Assembly: GCA_002794465.1 (NCBI GenBank) | Contig: MTSL01000046.1 | Coordinates: 1 to 32,000, forward strand | Reading direction: 5' to 3' | Length of the DNA: 32,000 nt | From: Paramicrosporidium saccamoebae KSL3 | Lineage: Eukaryota; Fungi; Cryptomycota | Shown: positions 10,912 through 20,808 of the stretch, piece by piece | How the letters are laid out: the number at the start of each line of letters is the position of its first letter | Position numbering within the stretch: the first letter of the stretch is position 1 | Made by a program: the position numbers and the translations under genes | The notes under the pieces: generated by a model | Told to the model about the DNA's origin: nothing | Database searches by the model: none | Seen by the model: the letters and a program-made list of their open reading frames with translations, nothing else

Positions 10912-11374
10912 GAGGCAAACTTTGTATTAAAATTCAATCAACTATGAATGCCGCTCTGACTTAGGCTACCTCTACATATTGGCGGAACCATTGATGGACC
11001 GTTGGATTAACAATAAACGTGTTCCCTTTTTGCTTGGTATCATCTCAATTGTGAGGTAATACATTGACCAGTAGATTCTTGTTAAGAGTGGTGTAATTAT
11101 GAAAAAGCAGACGATAGGCCGTTAGACCAATCCCCAGACCCGCTGTGTAACAGTAGGACTAGCCGTCCTCGATACTGCCTACACATTCATAGAATTCATC
11201 GGATTATCGAATCCACCTGATAGTCTCCTATATACCGACTCTTGCATTGAATCACCAGCTCTCGTGCTCGCTATATGGCTCGTCGGTCGGACACCCTGGT
11301 CGGCCAGCGCGTCTCAAAAGTTCGTAAGACCCCTCTGACCTTGCCGGGTATTAACCATCTATTGTAGGGCTCCA

Positions 11375-11941
11375 ATGAAGACCATTCAAACTACTGAGAT
11401 CATCTCCATTCCCTCTGAAGTCAAGGTTGAACTTGACGGCCGCAAGGTCAAGGTCACTGGACCCCGTGGAACTCTTGAGCGCAACTTTTCCTTCATCCCG
11501 TTGGATATTACCCGCTCTGGAAAGAACCAGCTGAACGTCACTGTTTGGTTTGGAGGCCATAAGCACTTGGCTTGCATCCGCACCATCTGTTCCCATATTA
11601 AGAACATGATCAAGGGAGTCACCAAGGGATTCCAGTTCAAGATGCGCTCGGCATATGCCCATTTCCCCATCAACGTGTCGATTGTTGATAACAAAAAGAC
11701 TATTGAAATCCGCAACTTTGTTGGTGAAAAGATTGTGCGCCGTGTCCCCATGTTGGGTGGTGTCACTGTTGATGTCACTGATCAGAAGGACGAGATTGTC
11801 CTCCGTGGTGCTGACCTGCAGAACGTCTCCCAGAGTGCCGCTACCATTCAGAACCTCACCAAGGTGAAGAACAAGGATATCCGTAAATTCTTGGACGGTA
11901 TCTACGTCACTGAGCGCTCGACTATTGAAAAGGTGGAGTAA
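11375..11941 (+). CDS. RPL9: 60S ribosomal protein L9 (uL6)
   Basis: 188-aa ORF with hallmark motifs VTGPRGTL, YAHFPINV, IRNFVGEK and KNKDIRKFLDGIYV. Confidence 0.97.
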   Translation: MKTIQTTEIISIPSEVKVELDGRKVKVTGPRGTLERNFSFIPLDITRSGKNQLNVTVWFGGHKHLACIRTICSHIKNMIKGVTKGFQFKMRSAYAHFPINVSIVDNKKTIEIRNFVGEKIVRRVPMLGGVTVDVTDQKDEIVLRGADLQNVSQSAATIQNLTKVKNKDIRKFLDGIYVTERSTIEKVE

Positions 11942-12009
11942 ATGTTCGAACCCATGCCAATAAATACACGTTCTATTCCTAAAATGCTACATTAGGGGGG
12001 TAGTGTGAG

Positions 12010-12028
12010 TATATATATATATATATAT
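12010..12028. repeat. (TA)n microsatellite
   Basis: Uninterrupted TATATATATATATATATAT. Confidence 0.9.
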
Positions 12029-12261
12029 TGAGTGGTGAGAGAGTACATGCACGAATCAGGGACCTTGTTAAACAGTATCTACTTATGACTAGCGTCCTGA
12101 TGTAGACATTCATGCTATCCTACAATCCAACGTGTTAAAGATAAGGGCGTATATATTCTCGCGCAACAAGTCAAAGATTCACTAAACTCGTCCGTCCCAC
12201 AAACTCACATGCCAAATATAAAAGTTGTTTGTCGCCCTTGTTGGTCACTTGTGTTCAGTTG

Positions 12262-13236
12262 ATGATTCCCGAAAAGCTACGGTCGGGCTCGGTTCCTGGG
12301 ACGCCACGCTCTGATTCTATTCCGGGAAAGTTGCGGTCTGATTCTTTGCTTCCAGGAACCTCTGCGCTGCCTCTCTTCCAGTCAAGTTTACTGATTTCCA
12401 ATGAGCGGTGTTTACCTCTGCTAACTTGCAACGAGCTGTGTATTGGATTTGTGTCGGCTATAAACATCCCGCTCTTCCGAAATAGCAAGTATTTTTCCTA
12501 CACCAAGATTGACAAAACACGGGTTCTTAAACTAAAATCACCACACTTGACCGAGGCAGGATTGGACGGGTTTGTTGCTGAGCTGCGCAAAAAGGGGCTC
12601 ATTAGCGTGGAAGGTACCGATCCAGTGAGCGTGTTTGCAGACCGAGGCTCCCAGCCTATTTGCCGTGTAGAGAGAGGGATTCTGGAACTATTGGGAGCTA
12701 AAACGTCCCGGGTTAGCGTGGTGGCATTCAGTGGAAAAAGTCGCAACTGCAAAATTCTGCTTGGGAAGAGGCAACCAACGGCTATGGCCAACCCTGCCAA
12801 GTACCAGCTATTGTTATCTTTCGACTACGATAGACTAACCGTTACGCGGGAAGAGTTGGCTGAAATTGCATATCGTGGTATTGAACTACAACCAGATTCA
12901 TATGGAAAGTTGAAATCGGCTGGCCTAAAGACCTTTGCAAAGAAGACGGCTAGTGGAGTCTCGAGAATTTCCACGCACACCTACGAAATCGATATTACGG
13001 ACAGCCCATTATTTGCGCCCAAAGTCACTCAGGTTATAGAAGCTTATGAGACTGTGCCAATCCACACTGTTCTGGATAAATGCCATGCCGGTGTTGTCTG
13101 CTGCCATGACATTCCGATCATTGTCGACTTTTGTATAAGACATGGAATCATAACCCCCGAAACTGATGAACAGTTTGTCCTGGTGAATCAAACTTTAAAC
13201 TACGACATGCACAGGCTATACAAAAAAGAGCTTTAA
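12262..13236 (+). CDS. Nudix-fold protein of the YJR142W/NUDT20-like (DUF4743) type with a degenerate Nudix box
   Basis: The C-terminus IIVDFCIRHGIITPETDEQF matches the family motif xxDFxIRHGxxTPExEPxY, and CRVERGILELLG matches xxxERAAxxLFG. First ATG is 12262. The N-terminus has three 9-10 aa repeats (12274-12357). Confidence 0.6.
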   Translation: MIPEKLRSGSVPGTPRSDSIPGKLRSDSLLPGTSALPLFQSSLLISNERCLPLLTCNELCIGFVSAINIPLFRNSKYFSYTKIDKTRVLKLKSPHLTEAGLDGFVAELRKKGLISVEGTDPVSVFADRGSQPICRVERGILELLGAKTSRVSVVAFSGKSRNCKILLGKRQPTAMANPAKYQLLLSFDYDRLTVTREELAEIAYRGIELQPDSYGKLKSAGLKTFAKKTASGVSRISTHTYEIDITDSPLFAPKVTQVIEAYETVPIHTVLDKCHAGVVCCHDIPIIVDFCIRHGIITPETDEQFVLVNQTLNYDMHRLYKKEL

Positions 13237-13250
13237 AGTTTTGCAAATAT

Positions 13251-14125
13251 TTACTTTCGCTTCTTAGTCTCTTTTCCACGGTGCAAAGACCTTCGTGCTA
13301 GCGATCTCCCCAGTTTATAGAACCAGTAAAAATTGAGAATGTGTGTAGTCAGGTTGGCGGCAAGAGACCCAATGGTCCAGGGCAACGGCACGCGGTGGTG
13401 CATGGTATACAGATCTTTTAGGAATCGATAGGTCAAGTAAGAGCCGAAAGTAAGACGGACTCCTACGTAGGCAAGCAGCCCACAGATGTCATTCAGAATG
13501 ATTGCCTTTCCACCCCCGTAGCCCAACTACACCAATCACTCATCAAGTCGAGTTAATTTACCTTTTCCAGAAACCAGTGCATGTCAACAAATATAGTGCT
13601 AAACTCGAACAAGAGGAATCTGCTCGTTGGGTACATCATGAATGGCCGATAGCAGCTGAGAATCCCTCCTAATCCGAGAAGGGCATGCACAAAGAACCCT
13701 TTTCCATACTGACGAATATACCAAGCACAGCACATTACATCCCACAAAAAATAGCCCACGGAGAAGGAGAACATGGACCCAAATTCACGAGAGTATCCAA
13801 ACACGCGGTCTTCGATAGTGTGCGCCAGCTCGTTATCATACCACAGACTGAGACTCCAACAACAAACAATGATGGCGTGGAGGAAGGAGGCTGCCATGTG
13901 GCCCCACTTGGCGCGCGCGTGCTCGTCATCCTTCAGCTTCTTCTTCTTGGAGTACCGCACCAAACTTGGAGCAATAAAGTAGTACGATATCCAAGAGGTG
14001 GCCGTAAAGAGCACAAATGCTACCAGAATCTGGTAGCCATGTTGCGGAAGCTCCTTTAGACGGTTCTGTTTGGACAGAAACTTTTCAATAGCGGTCCGAA
14101 TGGTTGCATGTATTGACTCGCCCAT
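13251..14125 (-). CDS. TLC-domain (TRAM/LAG1/CLN8) membrane protein, TLCD4/TMEM56-like; join(13562..14125, 13251..13526)
   Basis: Motifs ASFLHA, VFGY, GYFLWD, FFVHAL and FEFSTIFVDMHWFLEK|LG...VRL. A 35-nt GT-AG intron (13527-13561) joins the two ORFs in frame. Confidence 0.85.
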
Positions 14126-14313
14126 CGTACGGACCAAAAAAGGAACGGACCAGGCTCGCAGCGTGGGCCAATAAAAGCCCGCCACCACGGAACAAGACCT
14201 GCTAGTTTCACAATAAAGATGGGAATATGACTATTTTCTTTGAATGAATATACCGTCAAGGACTGCGCAAAGCATATAACTGTGCAAGCAGGCGTAGCAG
14301 CCCTGGGTTTTGG

Positions 14314-14763
14314 ATGAATTGGACACGGATTCTCTTGGAAGTAAGCATGGCCATCCAATTTACTATCCTCTGCATAGTCGGTGAAGAAGCAGATACAGAA
14401 GCTAATGTCTACGAGAAAGCCCATCGTCATCGACAAGCAAGATTTGGTAGAATCGACAATGAAGGGTTCGGGACCAGGTAACTCGGTTGGTTGGCGGTGC
14501 TAATGCAAGGTGGACAGGCTGTAAATAAGACGAATAATGCCATATGCATACTGCACAAGCCCACAGGCATACAGGTGAGGAGTCACAAGACCAGAAGCCT
14601 GGAGCTCAATCGGAAGGATGCGCTTCGACATTTGGAAGCGCAACTTGACGATATGATAAATGGTGCTGCTAGCAAATCGAATATTGCCACATTGAGGCTC
14701 CGGGAGCGGAAGCGAGTCCAATCGAGTAAAAGCAAAAAGAAGCACATTACCCTCGAGACGTGA
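14314..14763 (+). CDS. Mitochondrial ribosome rescue / peptidyl-tRNA hydrolase, MTRFR (C12orf65)-like RF-1 domain; join(14314..14340, 14378..14477, 14510..14763)
   Basis: Splicing a 32-nt intron (14478-14509) reconstitutes KGSGPGGQAVNKT (GGQ motif), followed by HKPTGI...TRSLELNR and a basic tail. A 37-nt intron (14341-14377) gives an in-frame upstream ATG. Confidence 0.85.
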
Positions 14764-14880
14764 TAAAACATGAAACGATCCGCTATATTTAAGAAATACT
14801 GACACGTTTGATAAAAAGAGTTTGGCACTTGAGAGGCATTATAGCCGCTATGCAACTATACAGCTATAACGAAATAATAG

Positions 14881-15044
14881 TGTGGCGTAGAAGATTGATT
14901 AGTTGGGTATATGACGTAGAGAGTTGATTAGTTGCTGGGTATCTAAGGTCAGTGAGATTTGTATCCATACTATTATAGGATTAGCAGTAAACAGACCCCC
15001 CTTCCCGTCTGACAGTCCATACTATTCATCCCCACTACGCGACA
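14881..15044 (+). mobile_element. 164-bp TGT...ACA element, copy 2, flanked by 4-bp TSD ATAG
   Basis: ATAG at both 14877-14880 and 15045-15048. Termini TGTGGCGTAG and CTACGCGACA. About 92% identical to copy 1. Confidence 0.8.
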
Positions 15045-15134
15045 ATAGTACAATATACAATATCAAAGAGTAAGAGTATATCTAACGGGCCAAAAATCCC
15101 AAGAGTCTTTATCACAATCCGCTTATAATCCTCA

Positions 15135-15184
15135 TACAACGCCCATATTATCTTCACACAACGCCCATATTATCTTCATACAAC
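15135..15184. repeat. About 2.3 x 22-bp tandem repeat upstream of DID2
   Basis: TACAACGCCCATATTATCTTCA followed by CACAACGCCCATATTATCTTCA and TACAAC. Confidence 0.85.
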
Positions 15185-15311
15185 TTTTACATGGCCCTCA
15201 CACAATTCCCAAGTGTCAGTTCGTTTTTGGTGTTTACTATAGGCCGCACTTCATTGGACAGTCACCAGCTTATATTTTCCGTACCCTCGTGGCCTTTACA
15301 ACACTTTTGAG

Positions 15312-16202
15312 ATGGGACTCGAACGTAAGCACTGATGACAGAGTATTTAAGGGTCATGTAGAGCAGCTATTCACCATGAAGGCACATTGTAACTCGAGTT
15401 TCTAATATTGGTTAGCTTGCGAGCAAGCAAATGGCCCGCAACGCCAGAAAATGCGAAAAGGAGGAGGCCGCACAGAAAATCCAGGTTAAAAAGGTGCCCA
15501 TCCCACCACCTGTATTCACACAAGGTAGGCTATAGAAAAGGGCAATCCGGAGATGGCAAGGATATATGCTACCAACGCTATCCGGAAAAAGAACGAAGCC
15601 CTCAACTATTTGAAGATGAGTGCCCGTTTCGACACGGTGGCCTCTCAAATCAGCTCTGCAGTCACGACAGGAATGGTAACAACAATTTTGGGGCAACTAA
15701 CCTAGTTTAGGTACCAAAGATTCTGGGCAAACTAACCTGGTTTAGGTACCAACGATTCTGGGGGTCTAAGCTAGTTTAGGTATCAACAATTTTGGGGAAT
15801 CTAACTTATTTTAGGTGTCAAAGACCATGTCCAACGTTGTCTCTGGATTGGAAAAGGCCGTTGCTACTGACAATGTCGAAAAAGTATACCCTCGCCGTAT
15901 CAGTGGGTTTGATCATTCTGTAGATGTCTCTAATGATGGACCAATTTGAAGAACAATGTGGAATGCTCAACACTCAGACGTCCTACATGGACAGTGCCAT
16001 GTCTACTAGCGGTCAGCTGACCACGCCGATGGACCAAGTGGATGAGCTCATCCAGCAAGTCGGCGATTCTCATGGCCTAGACGTCAAGATGGCACTCAGA
16101 AGCTCCGAAGCGCCTTCTGGATCGCCAATTGCAAATGCCTCAGTTGCTGATCAGAATGACGAACTGACCCAACGCCTCAATGCCCTACGAGGCGGAATTT
16201 GA
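15312..16202 (+). CDS. DID2: ESCRT-III accessory Did2/CHMP1; join(15312..15324, 15362..15381, 15416..15493, 15529..15675, 15815..15883, 15924..16202)
   Basis: The spliced product [28 protein letters not shown]...[39 protein letters not shown]...[12 protein letters not shown] aligns colinearly with Did2/CHMP1, including the C-terminal MIM1. Five introns: 37, 34 (GC-AG), 35, 139 (compound) and 40 nt. Confidence 0.92.
15676..15814 (+). other. Compound intron made of four tandem complete mini-introns (35+35+34+35 nt) separated by zero-length exons
   Basis: Units 15676-15710, 15711-15745, 15746-15779 and 15780-15814 each read GTA...CTAA(C/G)...TTTAG. Confidence 0.85.
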
Positions 16203-16253
16203 ACGATGGGATAAAGTGCAAAATAAATATTAGTTCTACTACTATCACTTTGT

Positions 16254-18051
16254 CTAAAATTTGACGGAGCGCGAAACGTTTGTGCGGATACCCGAAGTCT
16301 CTCCAGAATACTGTTTGGATGCCCCACTGGCAACAGATTTGAACGACTTTATCTTTTTCTGGGCACTCTCCCACTTTTGGCGTTGACGTACGCGAGGATT
16401 CCTAACCTCCTTGGGACGATGGGGAGTAAGTCCCTTATTCTTCATCATCTCATAGGTGACGGGACGATCTGCGCCGGGAGTAGAGTCACGGAGAGAACGA
16501 TACTGAACCGGCTTGGACTGAGGACCGCTCTTCTTGAAGGACGAGCGAGCCTTGGCCATTTTGTACATGTCGTCTTCATATTCTCCAAGATCATCCTCAA
16601 TTTCAGACATGTCCGAGGCAATTTCATCGTCAACCTGTGAAGTCTTCTTTTGCTTCTTTGGTCTCTTGGCAGGTACGTCATCATCTCCTCCTGTACGTTT
16701 GCTCTTTGCAGCCTTGGTTCCCAACAGACGATCAAGAGCGCTCTTTCCCGACTTGCCAGTCTTTTCGGTTTCTCTGAAAAAGTCGTTAAGATCCTCGAGC
16801 TCATCCACCGGCTTTGCCTGTTGCTTCTCAATTTGGCGAAGCTCTTTCTTGGAGAGAGTGAGACGCAAAAAGTTGTCCTCTTCATACTCATCACGTTTCT
16901 TTGAGGAAGATCCCTGCTTGCTACGGCCATAAACCGGGTCAGTACTCTCTTCCTCTGGACAGTCTTCAAGATCAGCTTGGATATCTGCAAGCAGTCGGGA
17001 TCGAGAAGCCAATATCTTTTCCCGCTCATCCAGCTTGTCCACCTTGCTCTTGGAGTCTCTGAAATGAACGGGGGCGACTTTGGGTGCCTTGTAGGCTCCC
17101 GAGTCTGACTCGTCGCTGCTACCCGCCGATTCAAGACGGTCCAAGTTGGGACGGAAGGCAAGACTCTTTTCATCTTCATCATCTCCTCCCGTTGCAACGG
17201 CCTTTCCGGCGGCGGCATTGAGCAGCTTATCAATTTGATACTGCAACTTGACCTCCATGGGCTTGATTTTTTCAATCAACAGACGATACTTGATCAGCCG
17301 CTCAATAACTGGATGGTCTTTGATGCCTTTTCCTTGCACTTTTAACAACAGATAATACGCAAGATTGGCACAGTAGCCAATCAAGAGCTGATACTTTGTC
17401 TCAAGGAAGCACAGTCCTTTGTCAGTCTTGCTAGCCTTGAGCTTGCCCAACACTGGTTCGATATGGTTGCGCATTTCTGCAATGCTTTTGCGGAATTCTC
17501 CCAAAAATTGTTTAGTCTCTGGAGCATGTTTCTCAATTATCTCGAGCTTTTCGTCTTCGGGGAGAAGTACCTCTAACGATTCCACATCCAGACCAACCAA
17601 GTCGGATTCACTTGCGTACTTGTCCTCCAGTATATCATCGTCATCATCAGACAGGTCAAGAGTGACGGGTCCAGACTTTGAAAGGGCAACACGAGACTTT
17701 ACAAAGTCGTCCTCTGACATGGAAGAGAGCTGTTTCCGTTGCAGCTTGCGAGCCTCGGCGGCTTCGTCCTTGAGATCTTCTGAAGAGGCATCTGCCGAGT
17801 AGAATGTCTTTTTGCTGCGTCCCCACGCTTCCTCTTCCGAGTCTGACGGAAGGTCCATCACAGCCTCTTCTGTGTCGCTGTATCCTTGCGAGCCGTCACT
17901 CTCTTCCAAAAGAATCTTTTCACGTTGCGCCTGGACTATAATATTAGAGTCGACAAGTGTGCATGTTACAGGAATCTATATCATCGTCAGAGAATGTCTC
18001 TGTATGCTTTTTCTTCGGCGGACCTCTCGGTTTACTTTTTGCCTTGGACAT
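16254..18051 (-). CDS. SAS10: SSU processome protein Sas10/Utp3, 587 aa; join(17970..18051, 16254..17935)
   Basis: Acidic N-terminus with DIDSF|QAQREKILL across a 34-nt intron (17936-17969). Sas10/Utp3/C1D region (FLETKYQLLIGY...HPVIERL) and C-terminal KNKGLTPHRPKEVRNPRV...YSGETSGIRTNVSRSVKF. Confidence 0.93.
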
Positions 18052-18340
18052 GAACAATGGTACCAGGGTTGGCCGTCAGTGCGCGGGTGTATGTATGTTT
18101 AGTGCGGTCGGTGTGCTTAACATTATTAGCTTGGTTGGCTTTGGCTTTGAGCTTGAATTTGGCTTTAGATTTATGGTATCAACTGGAGCGTTTTGATCCG
18201 TACATATTACGGGTTGGCCTCAACTGAGATTTCTGATCGACACCTTGACGAACAAGGGCTTGTGATTCGTAGATCCGTTCTTTTATACACACATTGTTTA
18301 CAAAGATTTTATAACTGACAAAGAATATCTGAATTGGCAA

Positions 18341-18780
18341 CTAATGAAAAGTCCCATTAACACCAGTCGCATCATAGACTGAGGAACCATAGTCGCCATG
18401 GCCCTTTTCCACTTTTGTGACTTCTTTGTACTTTTGCAGATAGAGCTTCATGAGTTGGCCATATTGGTCAAAACCGAGAGCCTCCATGGCCCATACAATA
18501 TCCTCGCCGTTGATAGTCTTGCGCTTTTCCTGCTGACAGCGATCACTGGCCCTAAACAACGGTCAGAAATGCACCCACTGTACTCTGAAGTAATAAAGGC
18601 AATAAACTCGGAGACACACTCCTGCACAGTCTCTTTGGCGTCTTTGGCGATTTTGGCATTTGACGGAACTGCCTGTTTCATGATTCGGGCGACATTCGCA
18701 ATGGGCAGCAGGCGGTCCTGCTCGCGAATGATATCGTCGTCGCCGCCCTCATCGTGGGCGGCGTTCTCGGGTGATGACAT
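18341..18780 (-). CDS. HAP3: CCAAT-binding factor subunit NF-YB/Hap3; join(18584..18780, 18341..18551)
   Basis: [17 protein letters not shown]...[18 protein letters not shown]|[18 protein letters not shown], joined across a 32-nt intron (18552-18583). Confidence 0.95.
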
Positions 18781-18876
18781 TTTTGCACTCGGAATTTTGA
18801 AAGTCTACAATAATGTCAAGAATTCCCCGCCGGTGTACTGGCGTGTTTAGAGGCGACGAATAGTGGTCGTCTCTGA

Positions 18877-18886
18877 ATTGGCCAAT
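18877..18886. promoter_or_regulatory. Palindromic double CCAAT box (ATTGGCCAAT) in the NF-YB/RhoGEF divergent promoter
   Basis: Perfect 10-bp palindrome containing CCAAT on both strands, about 100 bp upstream of the NF-YB ATG. Confidence 0.3.
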
Positions 18887-18963
18887 AGCGCGGGAGGGTG
18901 TCAGTGCTTGTGTAGAGTCCACCACTGGTTCCCGCCACTGCCACCCCTGGCAGGACCAAATAG

Positions 18964-20608
18964 ATGCCGACGCCCGCCACATTGTCCGCCAGCGAATTTG
19001 TAGTTGACCGAGTGAGTCATTGGAAGTCGCTCAATTCAGACGAAAAGAGTCGTCAGGAGGCAATCCTCGAGTTTCTGAATACCGAAACCACCTATTACCA
19101 AAGACTAACCATTCTTCACGAGGCACGCTGACGGCGAGACTTTTGTCATCATTTTAGGTTTTCTACCAAGCCTGTGAGAATATTTTAACCTCTGCAGAAC
19201 GCAGTGTGATCTTTCAAAACCTGGACGAGCTATTACTGCGGGCCGGATTGTTGCTGTCCGACCTCAAGTGTCGCCAAGCCCAGGAAAAGGGGATCGTCTC
19301 GTCAGTGTCAGATCTTTATTTGGCGCACTTGAAAGATTTCAGTTGCTTTCGCAAGTATTGTATGGGACATGAGGAAGCGTCCAAGATGCTCAGACAAAAA
19401 TTGGATTCGAATTCCCGCTTTTCCAAGCTTGTAAGGGTACATGAAATTGCATCCGACTCAGGTTTTAGGAATTGATCAATGATCCACGCTGCTCCAGTCT
19501 GGATCTAGCCAGTTTCCTGCTGGAGCCAGTCCAGCGACTTGCTCGGTACCCGCTTCTTTTGAAGCAAGTATGGATTGGTGGGCATTCTGATATTGTAGAT
19601 TTTGCATTTTACCGATAGAACCCAGTCTGATCACCAGGTCACTCTGGAGGCCGTGCAAGCCAGCGAAGCCTTTCTGCAGGACGTAAACGAATCTGTTCGT
19701 CTACACCAGTCTCAGGCCCGCCTTGGGTCCCTACAGAGTCAAATTCTGGTCCAGCTCGATGGTGATGTATCATTCGTCTTTTTAATTCCCAATGATTTCG
19801 ACAGAACGACGTTGGATTTGAACTAGTGGGCTCTACCCGAAAGAACCTTCCTCGATGCATCTTTATGGAGGGGACCTTGTGGAAATGCAGGAGCAAGCGC
19901 AAGATTCACGCACTGCTTTTGACCGATATGCTGGTCCTCTTGGAACAGGAGGGGACAAAATATTCATTTTATCGTCCCGTATGCTCTTGATCATTTGTTC
20001 ATGTCAATAGCCCCTCAGCATTGAAGAGATTACTCTGCGTGACGTCAACTTTGGCGCGCTTAAATTGAAACTCGCGGGCGGGTTAAAGAGTAAACTAGTC
20101 TGCCTGCATGTCATGCATTATAGAGGAGTGTTGTTTTGAAATTTCTCGTGGAGCCGAATCGATATGCGTTGCAACAGAAATGCTGGCAGAGAGACAAAAA
20201 TGGTTCCGCGAGTTTGAAAAGGTCAAGACAAGACCAGTTCCACAGGACAATCTGATGCTTCCCTGTATTGGCACGGTTCGAGTTACTGTTCTCTCTGGAA
20301 AGAATATCCCATGTGACATGGAGTCTTATTGTTCTCTCGACCTGAATATTCAAAACACCGAGACCCGTCCAGTAGGGGGATTGAATCCCATCTGGAATCA
20401 ATCTGAAGTGCTCTGCATGGCTTCATTTGATGATGTCCTGCGGCTTTCCGTATTTAATTATAAGAAATATGCTCCCAACGAGCTCTTGGGATTCAAGGAT
20501 CTGTCGCTTGATTTTTTGGAATACTACAACGAGCGTTCCACCGAGCCCATGACCGTGCCAGTAGGATCTGGTAGTGTTACCATTTCCTTCCAATATCGCC
20601 AACTGTAA
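18964..20608 (+). CDS. DH-PH-C2 RhoGEF (intersectin C-terminal-like); join(18964..19122, 19158..19436, 19469..19567, 19599..19766, 19805..19978, 20011..20089, 20124..20608)
   Basis: DH motifs RQEAILEFLNTETTY, IFQNLDEL and FLLEPVQRLARYPLLLKQ; a PH region ending ERQKWF; C2 domain GTVRVTVLSG...LNPIWN...LLG. Six introns of 31-38 nt, the first GC-AG. The intron 2 donor could be 19431 or 19437. Confidence 0.85.
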
Positions 20609-20666
20609 CTCGTAAAAATTGTAAAAGTTTTACCTTTCCGAGGATCCTGATGAAGGAACTAGTAAC

Positions 20667-20808
20667 TGTCGCGTAGAATATTGATCAGTTGGGTATTTGA
20701 GGACAGTGAGATGTGTGTTCATACTATTCTAGGATTAGCAGTGAATAAGTTCTCTCCTCGTCCCTTCCTGCCTGACAAAGTCTGTGGTTTTTCCTCCACT
20801 ACGTCACA
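20667..20808 (+). mobile_element. 142-bp diverged copy 3 of the TGT...ACA element
   Basis: Termini TGTCGCGTAG and CTACGTCACA. Shares GGGTATTTGAGGACAGTGAGATGTG and ATACTATT..AGGATTAGCAGTGAA with copies 1 and 2, has only one 5' subrepeat, and flanks are GTAAC/GTAAT. Confidence 0.7.

Noticed and set aside
10487-10937. Minus-strand ORFs with repeated HTRIPHN-like peptides
   Set aside because: Translation of the 29-bp minisatellite running antisense into GT71-3.
11942-11960. GTTCGAACCC resembling a tRNA T-loop/B box
   Set aside because: It lies immediately after the RPL9 stop, so the upstream cloverleaf arms would be coding sequence; no tRNA fold is seen.
16445-17275. 276-aa alternate-frame ORF inside SAS10
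   Set aside because: Typical off-frame product of an acidic/basic low-complexity CDS, with no recognisable motifs.
18095-18318. Possible two-exon 62-aa plus-strand gene using a 35-nt GT-AG intron
   Set aside because: No recognisable homology, no clear branch site, and only 43 bp from the SAS10 ATG; cannot be supported.
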